This document shows, piece by piece, positions 11,701 through 24,537 of a stretch of 64,000 nt of DNA; the first letter of the stretch is position 1; each line of letters opens with the position of its first letter. The notes beneath the pieces are model-generated. The model saw only the letters and a list, made by a program, of their open reading frames with translations, was not told the DNA's origin and did no database searches. The stretch is taken from NCBI GenBank assembly GCA_964276515.1, contig OZ193910.1, positions 1,798,001 to 1,862,000 of the forward strand, written 5' to 3'. This DNA comes from Gordius albopunctatus (Eukaryota). Made by a program: the position numbers and the translations under genes.

Positions 11701-13801
11701 TGTATATATAAATGTAAATTTTAACTTACCAGTAGATATATGGCAATTCGTATTGGCTGTAAAGTTGTAAATCAAAACCGTATAACAAGTAGCTCAGCAT
11801 AGTAGTGTACAACACCCAAGAAAAGTATGGATTATATTTTGGACAACTTTGATCAAAAGTAAGATTTTTATTATTTTTAAATGCTACACTTAACTGATCA
11901 AGTTTCTCAGCCTCTTCCTAGGAAACAATCAAAATTTGGCTTTAAAATTTTTAAATTAGTATATTAAAAATACATATTTTGTAAAAATGAAATAAATAAA
12001 AAAGTTAAATAAATGAAAATTGATAGTTGTTTCCTTACTTGAATGTAAGCTAAGTCTCGTAATATGAGCGGAAGTTTGTCATGCCTCTTAGTAGGATGTA
12101 ACATTTGTAGGTTTATCAGGGCTAAGCTTACGGTGGAAGCATCAATTAAAAATGTTGAAAGAGCTGATGGATCTATATCATTTTCAGTAGATTCACCTTT
12201 TTTCTATTGTAAGATAATATTTATTTCAAATAATCAAAAGAACAACTCTTACATAGGCAGAATATAGTTTGATATTTGAAAAGCATGCTATGGAAAATTT
12301 TAATTGTTCTGTAAAATGGTTAAAAGCTACGCTAGATGAAGTGTTGGGTGTATGACCATTTTGGGGCAAAATCTTTGTGAAATTTGTTGCTGATAGGGTA
12401 TTGCATGGTGGGACTCTCATCAAGCATTGAAAATATGTAATTTGGAAAAGGCATCTAAATGAAATATTAAACGGATATGAAAATAACAATTAAATTTCTA
12501 CCTCGCTAGAAGACAAGGACTTGAAGGCACATCATTGGTAATTTGGTCTTTGTTTTTGAGGTAACCATCAAATAATTTCAAAAAGTTCAAAAAATTTGGG
12601 TATAAATTATAATCTTTAGAATGAGTTTGAGGCTTTTCTAACAAATTTAAACTTAATTTGACATATTGACACAGTCTGTGATATATGTAAGAATAAGCTG
12701 TTGATGGCTTTAAAAATTTAACTTCACGGGGAAAGGTAGAAGGAAGCAATTTCATATTAACTAAAGGTTCAAACCCATGGGCTAGAAGTTGGGTCAATTG
12801 TGTTTCTTCGTCATTCGAATAATCATTATTTTCAACATATAATTGTGCATCATAATAGGATTTTTCAATATTTTTTAAAGCAGATTTTATCTTATTTAAA
12901 AAATCTTCACAAAACTTTGGATTTTGAAAGTCAATTTGATCAGATTTAACATCACCATTTTCACAAACATTCATATGAGCAAATGAATCAACATGTGATT
13001 GTACTTTTGAATTTTGGAGCACACTTTTAAAGGTTAGTTTAATGTATAAGTTATATTACTCAAAATAGAGTCCTACTATAATAAGTAGAGAAAATGTTAA
13101 TTCTAATCTATTTTTAATAGCAAAGTTATATTCTGATTTATCTTCACTATCACTGAAAGTTTGGATGAGTCGCTCTAATTCTGCCTAAATTATAAGGTTT
13201 TTAAGGTAATTTAATATTTTACCAAAAGTTCTTGGGATGTGTAACTTAATGCTAAATCAAAATCATAAGTGTAAGCTAAAAATTCCTCCTCTTCGTAATT
13301 ACCATATTCAATCAAAATCTCTCTGATAAAATAAGAGATTTTGAGGATAGACAACATACAAATTTTTAAGCATCTAAAATAATATGACACTAAATATAAA
13401 TAAAACTTACTGATTTGAAATTCTTTCAGGATTATGCAGGTATAGATTTATCATCAAGGTTTGAACAAAATTACTTCCTTCCAACCATTTTATTAAAGAG
13501 GCATATGTAAAATCAATAATAAATATGATTTTTGGTAAAGGTATAAAATCCTCAAGAATTAGATAATTTTCATCAATCGCGGAAGAAAATGACAAAATCT
13601 TTCTTGAATTACCAGTATAAATTAACCCTGAATCCATTTTTGGTTCCATGATTTCAATGGCGGACATAGCCTCATATAAGCCTTAAAAATTATAATCTCG
13701 TTCAGAAAATTACCAAAATTATTATCATGTATAAGTTGCCCTAATTCTAAAGAGGGCACGGCTGTTTTTAGACTATTGGTTATGTCAACCCATTTTTCCA
13801 T
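8707..13801 (-). CDS. NAA35: N-alpha-acetyltransferase 35 (NatC auxiliary subunit, MAK10), multi-exon
   Basis: First exon MEKWVDITNSLKTAVPSLELGQLIHDNNFG splices to LYEAMSAIEIMEPKMDSG; internal EEAEKLDQ..LYSQYELPYIYWYL; C-terminal VRFGHRTSPL and HTYFPLIK match NAA35 motifs. Exact stop less certain. Confidence 0.9.
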
Positions 13802-13920
13802 TTTAATTTTAAATTATAAAACAGCTGATATATGAGTTATCATATCCGTTTTGGGGCAACGGGTAAAATCCCTTCCTGTCAAAAGAGCGACAAATTTCAA
13901 ATTGAACAGATTTTTTTTCA

Positions 13921-15225
13921 GGCAACCCAGCCAAACTTCACAAGATTATACTAAATTCTCAACTTCAAAAGAGTATAATAATTTTAATGTTTTTGCAACA
14001 AATTTACACTAACTTTTTTACTATTTTTTTAGAATTGCTTATTCTTTTTACACAATTTTTAATAAGGCAACCCAGCCAAACTTCACAAGATTATACTAAA
14101 TTCTCAACTTCAAAAGAGTATAATAATTTTAATGTTTTTGCAACAAATTTACACTAACTTTTTTACTATTTTTTTAGAATTGCTTATTCTTTTTACACAA
14201 TTTTTAATAAGGCAACCCAGCCAAACTTCACAAGATTATACTAAATTCTCAACTTCAAAAGAGTATAATAATTTTAATGTTTTTGCAACAAATTTACACT
14301 AACTTTTTTACTATTTTTTTAGAATTGCTTATTCTTTTTACACAATTTTTAATAAGGCAACCCAGCCAAACTTCACAAGATTATACTAAATTCTCAACTT
14401 CAAAAGAGTATAATAATTTTAATGTTTTTGCAACAAATTTACACTAACTTTTTTACTATTTTTTTAGAATTGCTTATTCTTTTTACACAATTTTTAATAA
14501 GGCAATCCAGCCAAACTTCACAAGATTATACTAAATTCTCAACTTCAAAAGAGTATAATAATTTTAATGTTTTTGCAACAAATTTACACTAACTTTTTTA
14601 CTATTTTTTTAGAATTGCTTATTCTTTTTACACAATTTTTAATAAGGCAACCCAGCCAAACTTCACAAGATTATACTAAATTCTCAACTTCAAAAGAGTA
14701 TAATAATTTTAATGTTTTTGCAACAAATTTACACTAACTTTTTTACTATTTTTTTAGAATTGCTTATTCTTTTTACACAATTTTTAATAAGGCAACCCAG
14801 CCAAACTTCACAAGATTATACTAAATTCTCAACTTCAAAAGAGTATAATAATTTTAATGTTTTTGCAACAAATTTACACTAACTTTTTTACTATTTTTTT
14901 AGAATTGCTTATTCTTTTTACACAATTTTTAATAAGGCAATCCAGCCAAACTTCACAAGATTATACTAAATTCTCAACTTCAAAAGAGTATAATAATTTT
15001 AATGTTTTTGCAACAAATTTACACTAACTTTTTTACTATTTTTTTAGAATTGCTTATTCTTTTTACACAATTTTTAATAAGGCAACCCAGCCAAACTTCA
15101 CAAGATTATACTAAATTCTCAACTTCAAAAGAGTATAATAATTTTAATGTTTTTGCAACAAATTTACACTAACTTTTTTACTATTTTTTTAGAATTGCTT
15201 ATTCTTTTTACAGAATTTTTAATAA
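13921..15225 (+). repeat. Subterminal tandem array, 9 x 145 bp (left arm)
   Basis: Unit start ggcaa(c/t)ccagccaaac at 13921, 14066, 14211, 14356, 14501, 14646, 14791, 14936, 15081. Confidence 0.95.
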
Positions 15226-15453
15226 AATATATGCTTTAACATTCATTAAACTATTTATACTCAGATTTAAAAAAATATTTTTATTATGTCTTATTAATAT
15301 TTAAATTTATTTATTATATTTTTAATTTGTTTTATGATTACTATACATTTAAGATGCTTACTAGAAAGTATGATCTTCATAAAACATTTTGAATTCTTTT
15401 TACAGAATTTTATTGCACAAACCACAGCTCCTATTCCTACTGTTATATTTGAT

Positions 15454-18320
15454 ATGCCCATCGAATTTAAATTAACTCAAAATAAAAACCCAATTTTAGT
15501 CTTAGGGGAATATGAATATACCCAAACTAAAGTTGGCAAAAAATTGCAACTTTATTTTAAGTGCCGAACAAAGAAATGCCAAGGACGAGGCATATACCAA
15601 AATGCTGATTTCCATATAACTCAAGAACACTCAGATATTCCTCACAAAAGTATATTTATAATAATTTTTTTATCATGGTGTATTTAGTCTATCCCAAAAT
15701 AAATATAAATGAAACTCATATACAAATCAATCCAATTGAAGCACCTACATCACTAGTTGTTTCTAGGTCACCCCTGGAAACACTTAACATGAAAAATATA
15801 TCTTGTAAGTAAATAGTTTAGTCGTTAGATCAACTATTTTAGGTTTTATAAATCGTGTACGAGCAAATTCAATAAATCCTCAAACTATTAGAGGTACTTC
15901 AAGCGAATATACACCTTCAATTTAAATATATTGTGAATTATATATTTTTTATAGGACAAGCCTCTCTATCTTCCATGACAATTGATAACAATATCTCAAA
16001 TAATATTATGTCTTTTTCAAGTAAAAATATTTCAAATATATTTAATTTTTAATAAAGGACCAATAAACATACTGGCTGAATCAACACTTGATAACCTTAC
16101 TCCTACATCAAGTAAAGTTTATTATTTAAAGGATTTAATGTATAAATATATAAATCCTCAAACTATTAGAGGTACTTCAAGCGAATATACACCTTCAATT
16201 TAAATATATTGTGAATTATATATTTTTTATAGGACAAGCCTCTCTATCTTCCATGACAATTGATAACAATATCTCAAATAATATTATGTCTTTTTCAAGT
16301 AAAAATATTTCAAATATATTTAATTTTTAATAAAGGGCCAATAAACATACTGGCTGAATCAACACTTGATAACCTTACTCCTACATCAAGTAAAGTTTAT
16401 TATTTAAAGGATTTAATGTATAAATATATAAATCCTCAAACTATTAGAGGTACTTCAAGCGAATATACACCTTCAATTTAAATATATTGTGAATTATATA
16501 TTTTTTATAGGACAAGCCTCTCTATCTTCCATGACAATTGATAACAATATCTCAAATAATATTATGTCTTTTTCAAGTAAAAATATTTCAAATATATTTA
16601 ATTTTTAATAAAGGGCCAATAAACATACTGGCTGAATCAACACTTGATAACCTTACTCCTACATCAAGTAAAGTTTATTATTTAAAAGATTTAATGTATA
16701 ATAAATATAAGGTTCTCTTGAAGATGCTCAGATATTATTGGATGCTTTCCAAATAATCCAGACAAATAACCAAAGTAATATTCTTTTAATGTAAATTATA
16801 TCACAGTTTTTAGTCAATGCTCCGGAGTTTTTGCCGTCAAACAATGGAACTTTGCTTTATTTTGAAAACTATCTTTACCGTAGAAATATGGAAAAGAATG
16901 ATAGAGTTTACTACGGATGCCGCAAACTGTCATGTTCTGGCAGAGTCAAAGAGGTTTTGGGAATTTTTTCTCAATTGCGTCCCCACAATCACGCGCCCCC
17001 TATTGGGGAATATGAAAAAATAATCACTAACATTGCATTAAAAAATGGGGTTCTGGATGACCCTAAAGAAAGGATCAGCAAGATATATTACAAAGTCATA
17101 GCGGAGAGGCTGAGGGACAATCCTGACATCAGGGACCATCCCGAAGCCACCCCACTGTTAAGGTCTGTTAAAAAAAAGCTAAAAAAAATGGATCCATTCA
17201 GGTACGACACGCCTAAGGATAATGACGACATTATCCTTAGGCCGCATCATTTCAAAACTCATGGTGGCGAAAACTTTTTGCTCTGGAACGAGGAAAATAG
17301 GATTTTTATTTTTGGGACAGCCGACCTATTAAAAATAATGTGTGAATCCAAAAATATTTATGGTGACGGTACCTTTAAATGTTGCCCCCAACATTTTACT
17401 CAGGTATTTACATTTTTATAATATATCCGTAACGTTTTTTTTAGATTTATACAATTCATTCTTATTACCGGGAGCACATGGTTCCGGTAGTATATACACT
17501 TCTGCCTGATAAAACCGAAGATACTTATAAGAAAGTGTTCAGGAAACTTATTCAGATTTGTGCTACCTTGCAGCTAGTTTTCGCCCCAAACTATGCACAG
17601 GTTGATTTTGAACGGGCAAGCATCGAGGCATTGGAAGCCTGTTTCCCTAATATTATTATAAAGGGTAAAATTTAATGTTTTGTTTATATAAGTTTTAGGT
17701 TGCTTGTTTCATTTTGGCCAGGCGATCTATCGACACGCTGGGTCTGGCAAAATGAAGACTCTTTATTCATCAAACGCTGATTTTCAGCGCAGCGTTCGTC
17801 GTCTTTTAGCATTACCATTTGTGAAGAGAGGGCACATCCGCGATGTCATGACCCATTGCATGGTCCAGCCCAATGTGCGCGGCGATAGAGAAATTGATAA
17901 TTTTTTTTGTACATCCACAATACCTGGGTTGGGCTTGAGAGGGACCCCTTGTTCCCCTATGATATGTGGCAACGGCTTGATGCAGAGGGGCCCCGTACCA
18001 ACAACCATCTGGAAGGGTTTCATAATGCTCTTAGAAGTGTGCTTAAACAAACCCACCCTACTATTTATGTGTTTGGTGATTTCCTGCAAGACCTGCAAGA
18101 AAAAACTAATGTTGATTTACTACACATCTCTCAGGGCAAGAGAGTGTATGAAACAAATAAAAAATACGCTTCTATAAATTATAATATAAATCGTCTTATA
18201 GCTCAATATACAAATGTATCTAACCCTATGCCTCTATTTCCATATGTTGATGCCATCTTTAATTATATTCACTTACAAGGTCACGATGCCCCGTTATATG
18301 ATGAAATTGATTTACAATAA
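15454..18320 (+). CDS. MULE DDE transposase with two FLYWCH-like zinc fingers, spliced; one frameshift at T8 17901-17908
   Basis: FLYWCH-like segments (YFKCRTKKCQGR..H and YYGCRKLSCSGR..HNH); MULE core IYGDGTF, VPVVYTLLPDKT, VDFERASIEA, GCLFHFGQA, RTNNHLEGFHN; short GT-AG introns. Confidence 0.85.
15872..16705 (+). repeat. 3 x 278-bp tandem repeat inside the transposase gene (mirror copy ~19844-20677)
   Basis: Near-identical ORFs at 15982, 16260 and 16538 (period 278). Confidence 0.95.
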
Positions 18321-18345
18321 TAAAATTTAAACAAATTTATATTTA

Positions 18346-21095
18346 TTATTGTAAATCAATTTCATCATATAACGGGGTATCGTGACCTTGTAAGTGCATA
18401 TAATTAGAGATGGCATCAACATATGGAAATAGGGGCATAGGGTTAGATATATTTGTATATTGTGCTATAAGACGATTTATATGATAATTTATAGAAGCGT
18501 ATTTTTTATTTGTTTCATAAACTCTCTTGCCCTGAGAGATGTGTAGTAAATCAACATTAGTCTNNNNNNNNNNNNNNNNNNNNNNNNNNNNNNNNNNNNN
18601 NNNNNNNNNNNNNNNNNNNNNNNNNNNNNNNNNNNNNNNNNNNNNNNNNNNNNNNNNNNNNNNNNNNNNNNNNNNNNNNNNNNNNNNNNNNNNNNNNNNN
18701 NNNNNNNNNNNNNNNNNNNNNNNNNNNNNNNNNNNNNNNNNNNNNNNNNNNNNNNNNNNNNNNTGAAATCAGCGTTTGATGAATAAAGAGTCTTCATTTT
18801 GCCAGACCCAGCGTGTCGATAGATCGCCTGGCCAAAATGAAACAAGCAACCTAAAACTTATATAAACAAAACATTAAATTTTACCCTTTATAATAATATT
18901 AGGGAAACAGGCTTCCAATGCCTCGATGCTTGCCCGTTCAAAATCAACCTGTGCATAGTTTGGGGCGAAAACTAGCTGCAAGGTAGCACAAATCTGAATA
19001 AGTTTCCTGAACACTTTCTTATAAGTATCTTCGGTTTTATCAGGCAGAAGTGTATATACTACCGGAACCATGTGCTCCCGGTAATAAGAATGAATTGTAT
19101 AAATCTAAAAAAAACGTTACGGATATATTATAAAAATGTAAATACCTGAGTAAAATGTTGGGGGCAACATTTAAAGGTACCGTCACCATAAATATTTTTG
19201 GATTCACACATTATTTTTAATAGGTCGGCTGTCCCAAAAATAAAAATCCTATTTTCCTCGTTCCAGAGCAAAAAGTTTTCGCCACCATGAGTTTTGAAAT
19301 GATGCGGCCTAAGGATAATGTCGTCATTATCCTTAGGCGTGTCGTACCTGAATGGATCCATTTTTTTTAGCTTTTTTTTAACAGACCTTAACAGTGGGGT
19401 GGCTTCGGGATGGTCCCTGATGTCAGGATTGTCCCTCAGCCTCTCCGCTATGACTTTGTAATATATCTTGCTGATCCTTTCTTTAGGGTCATCCAGAACC
19501 CCATTTTTTAATGCAATGTTAGTGATTATTTTTTCATATTCCCCAATAGGGGGCGCGTGATTGTGGGGACGCAATTGAGAAAAAATTCCCAAAACCTCTT
19601 TGACTCTGCCAGAACATGACAGTTTGCGGCATCCGTAGTAAACTCTATCATTCTTTTCCATATTTCTACGGTAAAGATAGTTTTCAAAATAAAGCAAAGT
19701 TCCATTGTTTGACGGCAAAAACTCCGGAGCATTGACTAAAAACTGTGATATAATTTACATTAAAAGAATATTACTTTGGTTATTTGTCTGGATTATTTGG
19801 AAAGCATCCAATAATATCTGAGCATCTTCAAGAGAACCTTATATTTATTATACATTAAATCTTTTAAATAATAAACTTTACTTGATGTAGGAGTAAGGTT
19901 ATCAAGTGTTGATTCAGCCAGTATGTTTATTGGCCCTTTATTAAAAATTAAATATATTTGAAATATTTTTACTTGAAAAAGACATAATATTATTTGAGAT
20001 ATTGTTATCAATTGTCATGGAAGATAGAGAGGCTTGTCCTATAAAAAATATATAATTCACAATATATTTAAATTGAAGGTGTATATTCGCTTGAAGTACC
20101 TCTAATAGTTTGAGGATTTATATATTTATACATTAAATCCTTTAAATAATAAACTTTACTTGATGTAGGAGTAAGGTTATCAAGTGTTGATTCAGCCAGT
20201 ATGTTTATTGGCCCTTTATTAAAAATTAAATATATTTGAAATATTTTTACTTGAAAAAGACATAATATTATTTGAGATATTGTTATCAATTGTCATGGAA
20301 GATAGAGAGGCTTGTCCTATAAAAAATATATAATTCACAATATATTTAAATTGAAGGTGTATATTCGCTTGAAGTACCTCTAATAGTTTGAGGATTTATA
20401 TATTTATACATTAAATCCTTTAAATAATAAACTTTACTTGATGTAGGAGTAAGGTTATCAAGTGTTGATTCAGCCAGTATGTTTATTGGCCCTTTATTAA
20501 AAATTAAATATATTTGAAATATTTTTACTTGAAAAAGACATAATATTATTTGAGATATTGTTATCAATTGTCATGGAAGATAGAGAGGCTTGTCCTATAA
20601 AAAATATATAATTCACAATATATTTAAATTGAAGGTGTATATTCGCTTGAAGTACCTCTAATAGTTTGAGGATTTATTGAATTTGCTCGTACACGATTTA
20701 TAAAACCTAAAATAGTTGATCTAACGACTAAACTATTTACTTACAAGATATATTTTTCATGTTAAGTGTTTCCAGGGGTGACCTAGAAACAACTAGTGAT
20801 GTAGGTGCTTCAATTGGATTGATTTGTATATGAGTTTCATTTATATTTATTTTGGGATAGACTAAATACACCATGATAAAAAAATTATTATAAATATACT
20901 TTTGTGAGGAATATCTGAGTGTTCTTGAGTTATATGGAAATCAGCATTTTGGTATATGCCTCGTCCTTGGCATTTCTTTGTTCGGCACTTAAAATAAAGT
21001 TGCAATTTTTTGCCAACTTTAGTTTGGGTATATTCATATTCCCCTAAGACTAAAATTGGGTTTTTATTTTGAGTTAATTTAAATTCGATGGGCAT
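18346..21095 (-). CDS. Second, inverted copy of the FLYWCH-MULE transposase gene (partly in the gap)
   Basis: Minus-strand ORFs 19128-19718, 18874-19071 and 20862-21215 encode the same proteins as the left-arm ORFs. Confidence 0.8.
18564..18763. other. Assembly gap (200 N)
   Basis: N run; arm symmetry implies about 317 bp of true sequence. Confidence 0.98.
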
Positions 21096-21323
21096 ATCAA
21101 ATATAACAGTAGGAATAGGAGCTGTGGTTTGTGCAATAAAATTCTGTAAAAAGAATTCAAAATGTTTTATGAAGATCATACTTTCTAGTAAGCATCTTAA
21201 ATGTATAGTAATCATAAAACAAATTAAAAATATAATAAATAAATTTAAATATTAATAAGACATAATAAAAATATTTTTTTAAATCTGAGTATAAATAGTT
21301 TAATGAATGTTAAAGCATATATT

Positions 21324-22628
21324 TTATTAAAAATTCTGTAAAAAGAATAAGCAATTCTAAAAAAATAGTAAAAAAGTTAGTGTAAATTTGTTGCAAAAAC
21401 ATTAAAATTATTATACTCTTTTGAAGTTGAGAATTTAGTATAATCTTGTGAAGTTTGGCTGGGTTGCCTTATTAAAAATTGTGTAAAAAGAATAAGCAAT
21501 TCTAAAAAAATAGTAAAAAAGTTAGTGTAAATTTGTTGCAAAAACATTAAAATTATTATACTCTTTTGAAGTTGAGAATTTAGTATAATCTTGTGAAGTT
21601 TGGCTGGATTGCCTTATTAAAAATTGTGTAAAAAGAATAAGCAATTCTAAAAAAATAGTAAAAAAGTTAGTGTAAATTTGTTGCAAAAACATTAAAATTA
21701 TTATACTCTTTTGAAGTTGAGAATTTAGTATAATCTTGTGAAGTTTGGCTGGGTTGCCTTATTAAAAATTGTGTAAAAAGAATAAGCAATTCTAAAAAAA
21801 TAGTAAAAAAGTTAGTGTAAATTTGTTGCAAAAACATTAAAATTATTATACTCTTTTGAAGTTGAGAATTTAGTATAATCTTGTGAAGTTTGGCTGGGTT
21901 GCCTTATTAAAAATTGTGTAAAAAGAATAAGCAATTCTAAAAAAATAGTAAAAAAGTTAGTGTAAATTTGTTGCAAAAACATTAAAATTATTATACTCTT
22001 TTGAAGTTGAGAATTTAGTATAATCTTGTGAAGTTTGGCTGGATTGCCTTATTAAAAATTGTGTAAAAAGAATAAGCAATTCTAAAAAAATAGTAAAAAA
22101 GTTAGTGTAAATTTGTTGCAAAAACATTAAAATTATTATACTCTTTTGAAGTTGAGAATTTAGTATAATCTTGTGAAGTTTGGCTGGGTTGCCTTATTAA
22201 AAATTGTGTAAAAAGAATAAGCAATTCTAAAAAAATAGTAAAAAAGTTAGTGTAAATTTGTTGCAAAAACATTAAAATTATTATACTCTTTTGAAGTTGA
22301 GAATTTAGTATAATCTTGTGAAGTTTGGCTGGGTTGCCTTATTAAAAATTGTGTAAAAAGAATAAGCAATTCTAAAAAAATAGTAAAAAAGTTAGTGTAA
22401 ATTTGTTGCAAAAACATTAAAATTATTATACTCTTTTGAAGTTGAGAATTTAGTATAATCTTGTGAAGTTTGGCTGGATTGCCTTATTAAAAATTCTGTA
22501 AAAAGAATAAGCAATTCTAAAAAAATAGTAAAAAAGTTAGTGTAAATTTGTTGCAAAAACATTAAAATTATTATACTCTTTTGAAGTTGAGAATTTAGTA
22601 TAATCTTGTGAAGTTTGGCTGGGTTGCC
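21324..22628 (-). repeat. Subterminal tandem array, 9 x 145 bp (right arm, inverted)
   Basis: Reverse complement of the left array with a few unit variants. Confidence 0.95.
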
Positions 22629-24537
22629 TGAAAAAAAATCTGTTCAATTTGAAATTTGTCGCTTCGAAAAAGTTTCACGAAAAAGTTTCACCGACAGGAA
22701 GGGATTTTACCCGTTGCCCCAAAACGAAAAATAACGTTCATACATGACTACAAGCTTATTTTATTGGAACAGTAATGGCCTATTATGCGTTAAATAATAG
22801 AACAGAATATCTTTACAGAAATTTATATAATAAAAGTTTGTAAAATAGCACCTAATTTTATATTTTAAATAGATTTGATAATTTTATTAATTAAACCTCT
22901 CTAACGTAAGATAATAAGGAAATATTTATGCCAAGTGCGTTATATCTACTATAAAATAAAATGCTTAAACATTAAAAGATAATAGAATATTATCCTGCAA
23001 TGTTTTTCCTCCTTGTTTAAGTGAACACCTAATATACGCTTTTAATTTAATTGAATTTGGCACAATTACATTCTAATTAGCATATCTGGCACCGAAAATT
23101 TTTATTTTTTAATTGAAACATCTATCTTACTTCAGAACCAAGGGTACTTTAAAATTATATGGTAAAATTTAATAATTTTGTAACTTAGACACTATTTATA
23201 TATATGGGTTAGGGGGATGGAAGAAAAGGTAACCTACTCCCAAATAGCTCAAATATCTTCCAGTTTTTTAACACGAATAATCTATATAGGTCTTTTTAAA
23301 GAGATAGGAATAATTTAGTCATATTAGTCTCTAATTTAAAATGTGTCCTAGGTGGCATATAAATTAGAGTTATTCTTATTTGATTCTTGGTTACCACCCG
23401 TCGTAAATCGGGCCCTTTTTATAAAACCCAAACCGGAATCGTATTTACAATCTTTATTTCAAAAATATATTATAACAAATATTTCAATATTCTTTTTATT
23501 TTTGTTTAATATATAAAAAATGATTTTTTTAATGATGTTTATAAGATATTAAGTGGATTCCAAGAGTTTTTATTTTTAAACATAAATATAAATAGAATTA
23601 ATGTTCCAAAGAGTTTATATCAAAATGGTTTTATTTTGTGCAGCTTCAGTTGCTGATAGTGAAAATTTATCAGCGTTGCAAAAAACAAAAGCCTGTTTGT
23701 GACTGATTTTTTTAACATGATTATTATTTAACATTTTCAAAATATTAATAAATGATCGTTATTGAAAGAAGTTGGAGAATATATAAAGATTTTTTTGGAA
23801 AGAATGCATGCCTAAATTTTGCTTTGCAAAAAATTAAAGGGGCGGCTTTAACCTATAATTTTATTTTAAAAATCCCGAACCGGGACAATTTTTTGCACTG
23901 GGGGGCAAATTTAGCCTTAAAGGGCTCGAATGTGTTTAGTTCAAACAATCGCCTTCATTAGCACAAAAAGAAAAATTGGTAGGACTATTTGGAATTTACG
24001 TCGCTGAAGTGAATATCAATGCATTTTTCACAAAAACCCATCACAGATATTGAATTTTTATAATTTTAATTATTTTAGTTTAATCAAAATTATGTGAAAC
24101 AAAATTTCGGCCCTCCCCCTTTAATTGGATAGTCCTGCCTACGCCATTACTAGATATATAATTTAAATTTTTTTTAATAGTATTATCCCTTCCTCAATTT
24201 AGGAAATTCTGCGCCGCTAAAAGAGCTATATGAATTATAATAGGAGTCAACAAATCTATTAGAATTTTACTCCCAAATAGTGTCTATCCTAGTGGTAATT
24301 ATACAATGTTGGAATGTTCGTGGTATGTTTACATATTTCATTTGTAGCGATGGTTTAACTTTCGAATGCCTCTTAAAACCAGGAAAAATTTGATATGTTT
24401 AATTTTTCATTATTTTTGGAGATCTTTATTGACTAAATATAATCTTTTAATATTTGGCTTCGAACAAATGGGTGGCTACACCCACACACGAACATGTGTT
24501 TTTATTTTATTTTTCTAACTTTTATTTCGTATTAATA

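Larger units (their letters stand above)
13847..22726. mobile_element. Giant palindromic (foldback-like) Mutator/MULE element, ~8.9 kb, two arms each carrying a transposase gene
   Basis: Terminal inverted repeats cgttttggggcaacgggtaaaatcccttcctgtc (13847) and gacaggaagggattttacccgttgccccaaaacg (ends 22726). The whole interior is mirror-symmetric about ~18333. No TSD recognised. Confidence 0.85.

Noticed and set aside
13921..15225. CRISPR-like array
   Set aside because: Units are near-identical head-to-tail with no unique spacers; eukaryotic transposon context.
15982..16756. Three 72-73 aa ORFs as separate small genes
   Set aside because: TTG-start by-products of the 278-bp repeat running across AT-rich intron sequence.
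13838..22735. Target-site duplication for the giant MULE
   Set aside because: Flanks (tatcatatc / aaaaataac) do not match at either plausible terminus.
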